Shown here: in pieces, positions 1-9,386 of the stretch
How positions within the stretch are numbered: position 1 is the first letter of the stretch
How the letters are laid out: each line of letters opens with the position of its first letter
IMG/VR virus record: IMGVR_UViG_3300020431_000428
Location: 1 to 39,394 of that record
DNA from: a virus
Taxonomy: Duplodnaviria > Caudoviricetes
Strand: one strand, 5' to 3'
Length of the DNA stretch: 39,394 bases
Program-made: the position numbers and the translations under genes
The notes under the pieces: generated by a model
What the model saw: only the letters and a program-made list of their open reading frames with translations
What the model was told of the DNA's origin: nothing
Database searches by the model: none

Positions 1-1
1 A

Positions 2-1222
2 ACACAATCATCGGGTGATATTTGGATTGATTCAGACACAGATCAATTATATTTTTACAACGGCAGTTCACACGTTCTTGTAGGACCGTCTTCTTCTAGT
101 ACAAGTGGTTTTACATTTCCAACTATAACAGATTCAGGAGACGTTGTACAAAAAGTTACTGAAATTAAAAATAATTCAAGTTTAGTTGCAACAGTATATG
201 ATGGCACAACATCATTCATACCCAAAACTTCAATAACAGGATTCCCAACAATATTTCCTGGTATTACATTATCAACAGCAATAGCAAATTTAAAATTTCA
301 CGGAACGGCAACAAACGCAGACGCATTGGGTGGAAGTTCGGCGGCAAACTTTTTAACATCTAACTCGGCTGACACAATGTCAGGAAGATTAACATTAGAT
401 ACAGACGATGGTATCTATATCGGAGACCAATCAGAATTACAAATTACAGTATCTAACAGTGATGTGTTAGTAACTCAATCTGCACAAGACAAAGATATAA
501 TTGTTAAGGCAAACGTATCGGGTACATCAACAGAGATGATAAGAATTGATGGATCAACAGGCAGAATAGGAATTAAAAATACAGTACCATCAACAGAATT
601 AGATGTTGTAGGAACAGTTAAAGCAACAGCATTCCATGGAGCAGTTACAGGAAACGTTACAGGAAACATTACAGGTACAGCAAGTATATCAACAACATCA
701 ACAATAACAGCAGACAATACTACAAATGCGGCAAGATTCATTCCATTTGTAAGTGCCGCAACAGGAAATTTAGGATTAGCAACTGATGTAAATTTGTCTT
801 ACAATCCTTCAACAAATATTTTAAACACAACGGCAACAAATGCTCAATACGCCGACTTGGCTGAAAATTACGAAACAGATGCAAACTACGAAGTAGGTAC
901 AGTTGTAATATTTGGCGGAGACAAAGAAGTTACACAATCAACAATATCAAACGATACAAGAGTAGCAGGTGTTATAAGTGAAAATCCTGCTTACTTAATG
1001 AATAGCGACAGCGACGGTTTGCCAGTTGCACTTGTAGGAAAAGTTAAATGCAAAGTTCATGGAATGGTATCAAAAGGCGATCTTTTAACTACTTGTGGAA
1101 CACAGCCAGGTCATGCTCAAAAGGCATTAAGTCCTGTATTGGGTTCTATAGTAGGAAAAGCAATGGAAAACAAAGACACAGCAGAAGAAAGTGTCATTTT
1201 AATAAGTGTTGGAAGGTTATAA
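2..1222 (+). CDS. Tail fibre/virion protein, 5'-truncated by window edge; C-terminal chaperone-like module
   Basis: The frame is open from base 2 (TQSSGDIWIDSDTDQLYFYNGSSHVLVGP, matching the GDLWLDTDDNQVYAY and GDMWFDTTNSQLYVY motifs of the paralogs), so the TTG at 326 is not the start. C-terminus YADLAENY...GVISENPAYLMN...VALVGKV is shared with 5561..7150. Confidence 0.8.
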   Translation, partial: TQSSGDIWIDSDTDQLYFYNGSSHVLVGPSSSSTSGFTFPTITDSGDVVQKVTEIKNNSSLVATVYDGTTSFIPKTSITGFPTIFPGITLSTAIANLKFHGTATNADALGGSSAANFLTSNSADTMSGRLTLDTDDGIYIGDQSELQITVSNSDVLVTQSAQDKDIIVKANVSGTSTEMIRIDGSTGRIGIKNTVPSTELDVVGTVKATAFHGAVTGNVTGNITGTASISTTSTITADNTTNAARFIPFVSAATGNLGLATDVNLSYNPSTNILNTTATNAQYADLAENYETDANYEVGTVVIFGGDKEVTQSTISNDTRVAGVISENPAYLMNSDSDGLPVALVGKVKCKVHGMVSKGDLLTTCGTQPGHAQKALSPVLGSIVGKAMENKDTAEESVILISVGRL

Positions 1223-1225
1223 ATA
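1218..1225 (+). promoter_or_regulatory. T4-like late promoter TATAAATA
   Basis: Exact T4 gp55 late consensus, overlapping the stop codon and ending 10 nt before ATG 1236 of a structural gene. Confidence 0.65.
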
Positions 1226-1235
1226 CTGGTAATAT

Positions 1236-2654
1236 ATGGCTTATACAATTAACAAAACAGACGGAACAGTAGTTGCTACCATTACAGATGGTACAGTTAA
1301 TAATTCAACGAGTTTAACACTTTTTGGAAAAAGTTATTCAGGGTTTGGAGAAGCACTAAACGAAAACCTTGTAAAATTATTAGAAAATTCATCTTCATCC
1401 GCGGCTCCAACTGCACCTTTAAAAGGTGAACTTTGGTATGATTCAGCATCAGCATCTTTGAAAGTTTATGATGGTTCGTCATTTAAACCAACAGGTGGCG
1501 CAAGAGCACAATCAACAGAACCAACAGGAGCGGCAGGCGACTTATGGTTAGACACAGATGACAATCAGGTTTATGCTTACACAGGTTCAGCATGGAAACT
1601 TGTAGGTCCTGTATATTCAGACTCACAACTTTTATCAGGTTGGAAAATAGAAAACATTCAATACACAGGTGGTTCACACACAGTTTCATCAATGTATGCA
1701 AACAATGTAAGAGTTGCAATACTTTCAAAAAATTCTTTTACACCAAGCAATAACACAGAAACATCAAATGGTTTTGCACAGATCAATGCAGGTATCACAT
1801 TAAATTCAACATTAGGTGCTCAATTAACAGGAAATACTTCACAAGCATCAGCACTTGATGTATCAGGTACAACAAACACATCAGGCACAGTTATTGCAGG
1901 TGGAAACTTTTTAAGATCAGATGCATCTGATACAACAGCAGGTGCAATTCAAATTAACAATGACGGTGGTTTAGTTGTTGGAGCAAATGCAAGTAATGAT
2001 GCATTTAAAATTACAAGATCATCAGGTAATGTTACGATTGCAAACGTAGGTGAAGATAAAAATGTATCTTTCACAATCAATGATGGTGGTTCAACAAAAA
2101 CTCCATTAGCATTCACAGGAGCCTCAGGAGCAATAGCACTAACAGGTGATGTTACTATCACAGGTAACTTAAACATCTCAGGTGAATACAATTCTTCATC
2201 ATCTAATGTGTCAACGTATGATGATGCTTTTATTAAAGTAAATTCAGGAAACTCAGAAGCAGACGCAGGACTTATTGTTGAGACATCTGATACAAACGAT
2301 GCAAGATTATTTTATGATGTATCAGCAAATAACTGGGTAGCAGGAGAAAATAATTCATATTCTCAAGTCATAAGAGATGCAGACTCAACAGCAGATGGTC
2401 ATGCTAACAGACAAAAAGTTTTAAAAACAACTGGAGCAGGTAACATAAAAGTTACAACAGCAACGTTAGGTTCGGTAAATGCTTCAGGTGCCGCAATAAC
2501 AACATCTGACACTTCAAGTACATCAGTTCCTACAGTAGGACAGGTTGCTACATTTGGAAACTTCTGGGGAGGATCAGAGAAATATGTTAGTACGATTGCT
2601 CCGCAGGCAAGTGACGGTAATAACGGAGATATCTGGTTCGTAAGAGAGGTATAA
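1236..2654 (+). CDS. Tail fibre/baseplate-associated virion protein
   Basis: N-terminus MAYTINKTDG...LFGKSYSGFGEALNENLVKLLEN...GELWYD is paralogous to 5561..7150. The protein is Ser/Thr/Gly-rich and ends in NGDIWF, a typical fibre motif. Confidence 0.8.
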   Translation: MAYTINKTDGTVVATITDGTVNNSTSLTLFGKSYSGFGEALNENLVKLLENSSSSAAPTAPLKGELWYDSASASLKVYDGSSFKPTGGARAQSTEPTGAAGDLWLDTDDNQVYAYTGSAWKLVGPVYSDSQLLSGWKIENIQYTGGSHTVSSMYANNVRVAILSKNSFTPSNNTETSNGFAQINAGITLNSTLGAQLTGNTSQASALDVSGTTNTSGTVIAGGNFLRSDASDTTAGAIQINNDGGLVVGANASNDAFKITRSSGNVTIANVGEDKNVSFTINDGGSTKTPLAFTGASGAIALTGDVTITGNLNISGEYNSSSSNVSTYDDAFIKVNSGNSEADAGLIVETSDTNDARLFYDVSANNWVAGENNSYSQVIRDADSTADGHANRQKVLKTTGAGNIKVTTATLGSVNASGAAITTSDTSSTSVPTVGQVATFGNFWGGSEKYVSTIAPQASDGNNGDIWFVREV

Positions 2655-2657
2655 TCC

Positions 2658-4859
2658 GTGACTAAAATAGTCAAAACTTTCGAATATACAGGAAAATTAG
2701 CAATAGCAGATTTGCCATTTGGCGTAACCACTATGGATGTTTATCTATGGGGAGGTGCTGGCGGTAAAGGTGGTGGAGACTTTGCAGGAGAAGGTGCAGA
2801 CGGTGCCGCAGGTCATTATGTTCAAGCAACAGGTATTGACGTAAGAGCATATGCTGGTGTTAAAAAAATTGCAGTAGCAGTAGGAGGCGCTGGTGGCGAT
2901 GGAACTGAAGGTAGTGGTGCTTTTGGTGGAGCCAACGGAAAAGGTTTAACAGGATACTCAGGAGGCGAAGGAGGAAAATCAGGAACAACTGGTACTTCAG
3001 GCTCTGGAGGCGGTGGCGGTGGTGCAACCACAGTCACAATGTTTGCATCGGGTGAATCGGCAGACACAATCAAAATAGCAATAGCAGGTGGTGGTGGAGG
3101 ATCAGGAGGATCTGGAAGACAATCACGAGGCGGTGTAGGAGCAAACACAAATTCAGCAACAAGTAATTCCCCAGGATTTTTAGGAGAAGCAGGAGCAAAC
3201 CACAACGGAGACGGCGGTGGTGGAGGTGCTGGAGGCGGAGGAGCCGCTGGAGGAAAAGGTGGTTCTGGAGCAACAGGTGATGCAGGTGGACATCCAGGAT
3301 TTTCTGGATCAAATGTTATACCAAGTGTAGCATCAGGCACAGGAAATGCCGCGGCGGCATCAGAATCAAATGGTTCAGGTACAATACCGGGACAAACAAA
3401 TTTATCACTAACAGGTGCAGAGTACGGAGACTTCAACGGAGTACAACTTTACACAAACAGCAGAGCCTATGGAGCGTCAAAAGGCAAAAGTGGAAAAGAC
3501 GGAAAAGCAGTTGTAGTCTTTAACATTCCATCAGATGCAAAAACTAAAGTTAGTGGACAATGGAAAAATATTTCAGAAATGTATCAAAATAGAAAATCAG
3601 TTTCACCAACTGGCGGAGAACTCAGCAACGGTTGGTATAGAATCATCGGCGGGTATTACAAAGTAGGCGGTGTATGGAAAACTATTTTCAGTTCAGACAT
3701 TAACTTTAAATTGTATTCAGAAGGATTTGGAAATCCATCAGGTGGACCAACTTCAGGATCAGTAGGAACAGGAGGAATACCTACAGTGCAAAATATTCCT
3801 GCAACTGCACCTAACAGTGATAGAGGAAATGACAACGACGGCGGCGCCGCATTTGTTAAAGACGACAGATGTTATGCCAATGCTAATGATGGTTTTGGAT
3901 CACTTTCAATTTATTCCAATCACCCAAATCAAAATTATGGATTTTATTCTAGACAACACACTAATAGTGCTGAGAGCACTTCTTCAGGCAGTTGTTTCAT
4001 CGCAGGTACCAAAGTTCTCATGGCAGATGGCACAGAAAAGAATATTGAGGATGTTGTAGTTGGTGATGTAGTAAAAGGACACAACGGAGATAACACAGTT
4101 ATTAAATTAGATTGGGTAACTCTGGGAGATAGAAAATTGTACACATTCAATGACAGTGAACATTATTTCTTTACATCAGAACACCCGTTCATGACCGAAG
4201 AAGGTTGGAAATCAGTCAAACCAGAGAAAACAAAAGAACGTGATGGCGATGAACTTTATAAAGAACTAAAAGGTGAGTTAAAAGTTGGTGATAAACTTGT
4301 GACTAGCAATGGATTAATTGAGATTACAGATATTAAATCAAAAGAAATAAACAATCCTGAAATGCCTTTATACAATTTCCATATTTCAAATGACAAATCA
4401 TATATTGCTGACAACTATGTTGTACACAACAAAGGTTGTTTCATAGCAGGAACACAAATAACAATGGCAGATGGTTCAACAAAAGCAGTTGAACAAATAG
4501 ATTTAAAAGATGAAGTAGCAGTTGGTGGTTATGTATTTGCTACAGGAAAGTTTTTAGTAAACAATTTATATGATTACAAAGGAATACAAGTGTCAGGATC
4601 ACACATGGTCAAAGAAGACGGATGGGTTAGAGTTGAAGACAGTAAATTTGGTAAATCTTTAGGAACAGGTGATCATGTTGTATACGTATTTGGCTGTGAG
4701 AACAGAAGAATATTAATCAACGACACATTATTCACAGATTACTTCGATGGATTTGAGCAAGAAGGACTTAAAAAGTTAGGCGAACAATATTTTGAACAGT
4801 ACAGAGAACACGAATACGAAGCAGACAAGACAGTCGTTGACACCGCGAACAAAAAGTAA
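2658..4859 (+). CDS. Glycine-rich tail fibre-like protein with two tandem C-terminal Hint domains
   Basis: GTG start; long GGxGG-rich region; KVSGQWK/KVGGVWK fibre motifs; CFIAGT...TSEH...VVHN followed by a second CFIAGT...SGSH...FTDY. Confidence 0.85.
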   Translation: MTKIVKTFEYTGKLAIADLPFGVTTMDVYLWGGAGGKGGGDFAGEGADGAAGHYVQATGIDVRAYAGVKKIAVAVGGAGGDGTEGSGAFGGANGKGLTGYSGGEGGKSGTTGTSGSGGGGGGATTVTMFASGESADTIKIAIAGGGGGSGGSGRQSRGGVGANTNSATSNSPGFLGEAGANHNGDGGGGGAGGGGAAGGKGGSGATGDAGGHPGFSGSNVIPSVASGTGNAAAASESNGSGTIPGQTNLSLTGAEYGDFNGVQLYTNSRAYGASKGKSGKDGKAVVVFNIPSDAKTKVSGQWKNISEMYQNRKSVSPTGGELSNGWYRIIGGYYKVGGVWKTIFSSDINFKLYSEGFGNPSGGPTSGSVGTGGIPTVQNIPATAPNSDRGNDNDGGAAFVKDDRCYANANDGFGSLSIYSNHPNQNYGFYSRQHTNSAESTSSGSCFIAGTKVLMADGTEKNIEDVVVGDVVKGHNGDNTVIKLDWVTLGDRKLYTFNDSEHYFFTSEHPFMTEEGWKSVKPEKTKERDGDELYKELKGELKVGDKLVTSNGLIEITDIKSKEINNPEMPLYNFHISNDKSYIADNYVVHNKGCFIAGTQITMADGSTKAVEQIDLKDEVAVGGYVFATGKFLVNNLYDYKGIQVSGSHMVKEDGWVRVEDSKFGKSLGTGDHVVYVFGCENRRILINDTLFTDYFDGFEQEGLKKLGEQYFEQYREHEYEADKTVVDTANKK
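3993..4430 (+). other. Hint domain 1 (intein-like/BIL-type, ends His-Asn, no endonuclease)
   Basis: Block A CFIAGTKVLMADG, block B TSEHPF, blocks F/G YNFHISNDKSYIADNYVVHN. The next residue is Lys, not Cys/Ser/Thr. Confidence 0.85.
4437..4742 (+). other. Hint domain 2 (Hedgehog/Vint-like, no terminal Asn)
   Basis: CFIAGTQITMADG, VSGSH, VYVFGCENRRILINDTLFTDY, followed by a short helical tail. Confidence 0.7.
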
Positions 4860-4871
4860 TACAATTAACAC

Positions 4872-5342
4872 ATGAAGCATAGAGTTTGGAATTTAGACCA
4901 GGACTACGACGTTTTGGTAAAGTGGTGGAATCAATGGGATTTTGGCGTGGTACCCAAAGAATGTTTACCACCTGACGGAATAGTTGTAGAAGTTGAAGGA
5001 AAACCAGTGTGTGCTGGTGGACTGTATATTGGTGTAGGCACACAATTTGCTTTCATGGAGTGGATTGTTGCTGATAAAGAAGAAAATCCAAGAGTATTGC
5101 ACAAAGCATTAACATTGTGTATTGACGAGATAATGGCGTTAGCAAAAGCAAAAGGTATGCGTTTAGTGTATACTGCTACTAAAGAAGAATCGTTACACAA
5201 AAGATATGTTAAATATCATCGTATGCATCTCACTGAAAGCAACGTTAAGACATTTTTGAGGGATTTTGATGGATCTTACTCTAAAGATTTAGAGTGGATA
5301 TCAGATGATGAACAGTACGAGAAGCAAACAAATAACGAATAA
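4872..5342 (+). CDS. GNAT-fold acetyltransferase-like protein
   Basis: GIVVEVEGKPVCAGGLY...MEWIVAD...LAKAKGMRLVYT fits the GNAT beta/alpha order; size 156 aa. Confidence 0.55.
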   Translation: MKHRVWNLDQDYDVLVKWWNQWDFGVVPKECLPPDGIVVEVEGKPVCAGGLYIGVGTQFAFMEWIVADKEENPRVLHKALTLCIDEIMALAKAKGMRLVYTATKEESLHKRYVKYHRMHLTESNVKTFLRDFDGSYSKDLEWISDDEQYEKQTNNE

Positions 5343-5345
5343 ATA
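5338..5345 (+). promoter_or_regulatory. Putative late promoter AATAAATA
   Basis: TAAATA core overlapping a stop codon, upstream of AGGAG and ATG 5366. Confidence 0.5.
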
Positions 5346-5365
5346 CTAGCAGGAGAAACATTTAA

Positions 5366-5551
5366 ATGGCAACAAAAGACGAAGTTACTGATTATATTAA
5401 TTCAATTGATACCACAACTATCTGGACAGATGCTGAATGGTCATACATTCAACAAAGAATGGACCCAGAAATGGCAAAACAATTGATTAAGTTAGTTGGT
5501 GATGTTAGTTGGTTGGTATCGGCAAGAGATAACGAGTCAAACGAAAGTTAA
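5366..5551 (+). CDS. Hypothetical protein, 61 aa
   Basis: AGGAG RBS; fills the gap between the GNAT and fibre genes. Confidence 0.7.
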   Translation: MATKDEVTDYINSIDTTTIWTDAEWSYIQQRMDPEMAKQLIKLVGDVSWLVSARDNESNES

Positions 5552-5560
5552 TAAAAACAT

Positions 5561-7150
5561 ATGTCGTATACAATTAACAACACAACAGGATCAACATTAG
5601 TAACATTAAAAGATGGAACAATCGACACATCAACAACTGATGTATCATTGTTTGGAAAAGGATATGCAGGGTTTGGTGAAAGACTTAACGAAAACTTTAT
5701 CAAGTTACTAGAAAATTTTGCAAATACTACTGCTCCAAATCAAAAAATTAAAGGTCAGTTGTGGTACGACGCAACAACAAACCAATTACAAGTTTACACA
5801 GGATCAAAATGGAAACCAGTTGGAGGCTCAACTACTACGGTAGCACAACCAACAAGTGCTGTACAAGGAGATATGTGGTTTGACACTACAAATTCTCAAC
5901 TTTATGTTTACAGTGGAACAGCATGGGTACTAATTGGACCAACATCTATTGCAGGTTCAGGTGTAACAGCAATGGTACCGGCAGTTATTGAATCAACATT
6001 AGGTACAAATAAAAATGTTTTAAAAGGAACAATAGGAGACACTATTGTTTATGTTGCATCATCAGAAGAATTTACTCCAAAAAACACAGCAGGCTCAGAA
6101 GGAGCCGCATTAATCACAGCAGGATTTGCCACAGTTAAAAAAGGTATCACTTTATCCACAGCAATATCAGGAAATAAATTTCAAGGAATTGCCGCACAGG
6201 CAGATGCATTGAATGACGGTGGTACAACTATTGCCGCTTCGGAATTTTTAAGGTCAAATGACAACGATACTACTTCAGGTAGTTTAGGAATTGTAAATGA
6301 CAGCGGATTAACAGTTGGACTAGACAGTGATTTAAGAGTATATGTCGTTGGCACAAGAGTTAAAATAAAAAATCAAACAAGTGGTGGTGATTTTGAGATA
6401 GAAGACAACACAACTATCACAGGTGACTTGACAGTAACAGGAACATTAACATCAGCGAACAGTGTATCAACAGCAGTATCGACTTTGATTGTTGAAGACA
6501 ACTTAATGGTATTAAACTCTACATCATCTGGACTATTACCTTCGGGATTAGTTAACTATGCAGGAGTGCAAGTAAACAGAGGTGCAGGTAGTGCCGGCGC
6601 AGGACCTTCATCACCAACAATACAAGATGTATTTTGGGTGTTTGATGAAACATTTGCTGATGATGGAACAACAACGTACGGTAATGCCGGCGGAGCCTGG
6701 TCTGCATTTAGATCAGGAAACAATTTAAATGATAAAACATTAGTAGATATCAGAGCAAACGTATTTCATGGAAAAGCAACAACGTCAGAATATGCTGACT
6801 TGGCAGAAAATTACACAACAGATAAAGAATACCCAGTGGGTACTGTAATATGTGTAGGAGGCGAACATGAAGCAACAGCAACCACTCCAGGCAGTATGCC
6901 CATTGGAGTTATATCCGATAAACCAGCATACTTGATGAATTCAGCAGGTGAAGGTCAAGCAGTTGCATTAAAAGGACGAGTACCAGTTCTAATAGCAGGC
7001 AAAATTAACAAAGGTGATTTAGTATACGTGTCTAGCATAGATGGAACAGCGTCAAAATTAGCAGATGATGGTGCTAATTTGGTAGGAATAGCATTAGAAA
7101 ACAACGCAGATAATGAAGTAAAACTCGTTGAATGTGTGTTAAAAGTCTAA
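5561..7150 (+). CDS. Tail fibre/virion protein with C-terminal chaperone-like module
   Basis: N-terminus MSYTINNTTG...FGKGYAGFGERLNENFIKLLENFA; C-terminus YADLAENY...GVISDKPAYLMN...VALKGRVPV. Confidence 0.8.
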   Translation: MSYTINNTTGSTLVTLKDGTIDTSTTDVSLFGKGYAGFGERLNENFIKLLENFANTTAPNQKIKGQLWYDATTNQLQVYTGSKWKPVGGSTTTVAQPTSAVQGDMWFDTTNSQLYVYSGTAWVLIGPTSIAGSGVTAMVPAVIESTLGTNKNVLKGTIGDTIVYVASSEEFTPKNTAGSEGAALITAGFATVKKGITLSTAISGNKFQGIAAQADALNDGGTTIAASEFLRSNDNDTTSGSLGIVNDSGLTVGLDSDLRVYVVGTRVKIKNQTSGGDFEIEDNTTITGDLTVTGTLTSANSVSTAVSTLIVEDNLMVLNSTSSGLLPSGLVNYAGVQVNRGAGSAGAGPSSPTIQDVFWVFDETFADDGTTTYGNAGGAWSAFRSGNNLNDKTLVDIRANVFHGKATTSEYADLAENYTTDKEYPVGTVICVGGEHEATATTPGSMPIGVISDKPAYLMNSAGEGQAVALKGRVPVLIAGKINKGDLVYVSSIDGTASKLADDGANLVGIALENNADNEVKLVECVLKV

Positions 7151-7169
7151 TGTTATGTATTTTAACAAC

Positions 7170-7181
7170 GATAAATAAATA
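7170..7181 (+). promoter_or_regulatory. Putative late promoter (two overlapping TAAATA cores)
   Basis: GATAAATAAATA in the intergenic gap before 7217. Confidence 0.5.
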
Positions 7182-7216
7182 TAAACAATTAGTATACTAA
7201 AAAAAGGATTTAAATT

Positions 7217-8119
7217 ATGTCAGTAGTAACAGCATCTAGATACAACGCATTACAAAGCAAAGTAGCCGCGGTGTTAAGCACTGGATCAGGCGATAAAGGT
7301 TATGGTATGTCCACAGCCTCAGCACAGGTTGGTGCTGGCGACACGATCAATGCAACACACTTGTCTACTCTATACACAGATATCAATAAGTGTATATTAC
7401 ACCAAACAGGTTCGGCAACAACAGCAATAGTTCAACCAGTCGCAGGAGACACAGTTGAAGAAGATAACTCAACTAATAAAAAAGGTTGGGCACAATTTGA
7501 AGCGAATGCCAACACAGCAGAGACGAACAGATTAAACAACTCTTCAGGAAACTTCACAACTGAAACAGAAATCACAGAAAGCAGAACTTCATCTTGGGGT
7601 TCAGGTACAGATTCGATCAACGCAACATTTACAGCAACTTTCTCATCAGCAGACATTAAAAGAAATTACTTTAATGCAGGCGGTGAAATTAGATTAGCAT
7701 TGTCACTATCAAGTGGTTCAGGTTCTAAAGGAACATCATGGACTAACTTGTTCTCAGGTGCAGGTACAATTAAGTTTGGAAGAACAGCAACTACTTGTAC
7801 AGGTTCAGGATCAACAACTTCAATTGGTAACGTTGACATGACAGGTTCACACCAAACTATATTTTCAAAAGATGTAGGTTCAGGTGTATACGGAGAAAAC
7901 GATTTCAACATCACAGCAAGAGACAACAGTTCTACAGTATTAGAATTTGTTGTAACTGCTAATGATGATGACGCAGGTGACCAAACAGGTACTGGTGGCC
8001 CGGTTGATGAAGACGTTGGAGGAACAACTACACTTACAGTTTCTTCTTTCAGAGCCAACAATGCAAGTGCAGTACAGCACAGCAGACCTTCGTTCTCAGT
8101 TACAAACAACTTCAATTAA
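7217..8119 (+). CDS. Ser/Thr/Gly-rich virion structural protein
   Basis: AAAGGA RBS; fibre-like composition (YNALQSKVAAVL...GYG...YFNAGGEIR); position at the end of the structural block. Confidence 0.65.
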   Translation: MSVVTASRYNALQSKVAAVLSTGSGDKGYGMSTASAQVGAGDTINATHLSTLYTDINKCILHQTGSATTAIVQPVAGDTVEEDNSTNKKGWAQFEANANTAETNRLNNSSGNFTTETEITESRTSSWGSGTDSINATFTATFSSADIKRNYFNAGGEIRLALSLSSGSGSKGTSWTNLFSGAGTIKFGRTATTCTGSGSTTSIGNVDMTGSHQTIFSKDVGSGVYGENDFNITARDNSSTVLEFVVTANDDDAGDQTGTGGPVDEDVGGTTTLTVSSFRANNASAVQHSRPSFSVTNNFN

Positions 8120-8152
8120 TAGTTAATTAATTTGGTAAGTTTCACTTCAGGC

Positions 8153-8181
8153 TTGACCTAGAAGTGCGACTACTATATACT
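8153..8181 (+). promoter_or_regulatory. Sigma70-type promoter TTGACC-N17-TATACT, probably leaderless
   Basis: -35 at 8153-8158, -10 at 8176-8181, ATG at 8188. Confidence 0.65.
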
Positions 8182-8187
8182 AGTGCT

Positions 8188-8535
8188 ATGGATAAAAGAT
8201 TAGAAGAGGCACTAGAATATTCGAATTATATGGTTACTTACAATAACCAAAAACGAATCCTAAAGAATAAGTTTCTAGATCAAAATGTATACTATGCCGG
8301 TGGAACAAAGTTTAATATAACAAAAGAATTTATTACGTTTATTAATCTACTTTTGCAAAAAGGACAAACCAAGAGTGTTACAATAATAGATGACAACGAC
8401 AATCCTGTACAGATAGACGACTTTCAAAAGTTTGTAGATGATGTCATGGACTTGTATTCAAAAAACGTCAATGATTATTATGCACAGATGCAGAGTATTA
8501 AAAAAAGAGAAATTAAAGACGTTTTAGATGCATGA
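8188..8535 (+). CDS. Hypothetical protein (possible fibre assembly helper)
   Basis: ATG 8188 (MDKRLEEALEYSNY) is preferred over GTG 8164, which lies inside the promoter. Overlaps the next gene (ATGA). Confidence 0.7.
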   Translation: MDKRLEEALEYSNYMVTYNNQKRILKNKFLDQNVYYAGGTKFNITKEFITFINLLLQKGQTKSVTIIDDNDNPVQIDDFQKFVDDVMDLYSKNVNDYYAQMQSIKKREIKDVLDA

Positions 8536-9386
8536 CCAAAGGCGTAGTTTTATTTGCAAACAACAATGAGCAAGTTGATTATATCAAACAGGCTATTTTT
8601 TGCACACAACAGATTAAAAAACATTTAGACTTACCTGTTTCGCTGGTAACAAATTCATCAGATCATTTGTATAAACAGTATTCGACATATGTTGAACTGT
8701 TTGATAAAATTATTTCAATCCCAAAAGTAAATTCAGGACAACGTAAATCGTTCAGGGACGGGGTTGGTCCTGTAAAAAAACTCGAGTGGAACAATCTTAA
8801 CAGATCAGATGTGTATGATCTAACACCTTACGATGAAACACTAGTAATGGACACAGATTATATAGTTGCCAACAATCAATTATTAAACTGTTTTAAAGTA
8901 AACAATGATTTTATGATATGGAAAGAAGCAACATATCTAAATCCTCATGGAAAGGTATGGGAAATAAAGTATGTCAGTGATACGTCAATGGAAATGTATT
9001 GGGCAACAGTATTTTATTTTAAAAAATGTGAAAAAATGAAAACATATTTTAATACTGTGCAACACGTTAGAGATAATTGGGCATATTACAGATGGATATA
9101 TCAAATAGCATCAAAGAATTATAGAAATGATTTTGCTTTTACTATTGCCATATGGATAATGAACGGATTTGAGGAAAACAAAGAATGGCCTGCAAAGTTG
9201 CCAGGAACACATTATTACATATACGACAGAGATCAGATAATCGATTTCAACGATAATAAATTTACGTTTTTGGTAACAGTACCTCAAGATCAAAAAAAAT
9301 CAACAGCAACCACAGTCAAAGATTTAAACGTTCATGTAATGAACAAATTAGGATTACAAACAGTTATTGAAAGTAAAGGAATATGA
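8532..9386 (+). CDS. GT-A fold (GT8-like) glycosyltransferase
   Basis: TPYDETLVMDTD DxD motif; YWATVFYFKK; RNDFAF; paralog of 9383..10228. Confidence 0.65.
   Translation: MTKGVVLFANNNEQVDYIKQAIFCTQQIKKHLDLPVSLVTNSSDHLYKQYSTYVELFDKIISIPKVNSGQRKSFRDGVGPVKKLEWNNLNRSDVYDLTPYDETLVMDTDYIVANNQLLNCFKVNNDFMIWKEATYLNPHGKVWEIKYVSDTSMEMYWATVFYFKKCEKMKTYFNTVQHVRDNWAYYRWIYQIASKNYRNDFAFTIAIWIMNGFEENKEWPAKLPGTHYYIYDRDQIIDFNDNKFTFLVTVPQDQKKSTATTVKDLNVHVMNKLGLQTVIESKGI

Noticed and set aside
326-328. TTG start given in the ORF track
   Set aside because: The frame is open to the window edge and homologous to the paralogs upstream of it.
2750-3420. Tandem repeat or collagen region
   Set aside because: Irregular Gly runs without Gly-X-Y periodicity or exact DNA repeats.
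2822-3436. Pro-rich 204-aa antisense ORF
   Set aside because: Mirror of the GGN codons of the Gly-rich fibre; no independent signals.
3993-4430. Mobile intein or homing element
   Set aside because: No endonuclease, the +1 residue is Lys, and the host is not a conserved enzyme motif; treated as a Hint domain.
8100-8150. Intrinsic terminator after the structural block
   Set aside because: Only AT-rich pseudo-palindromes; no GC stem plus U-tract.
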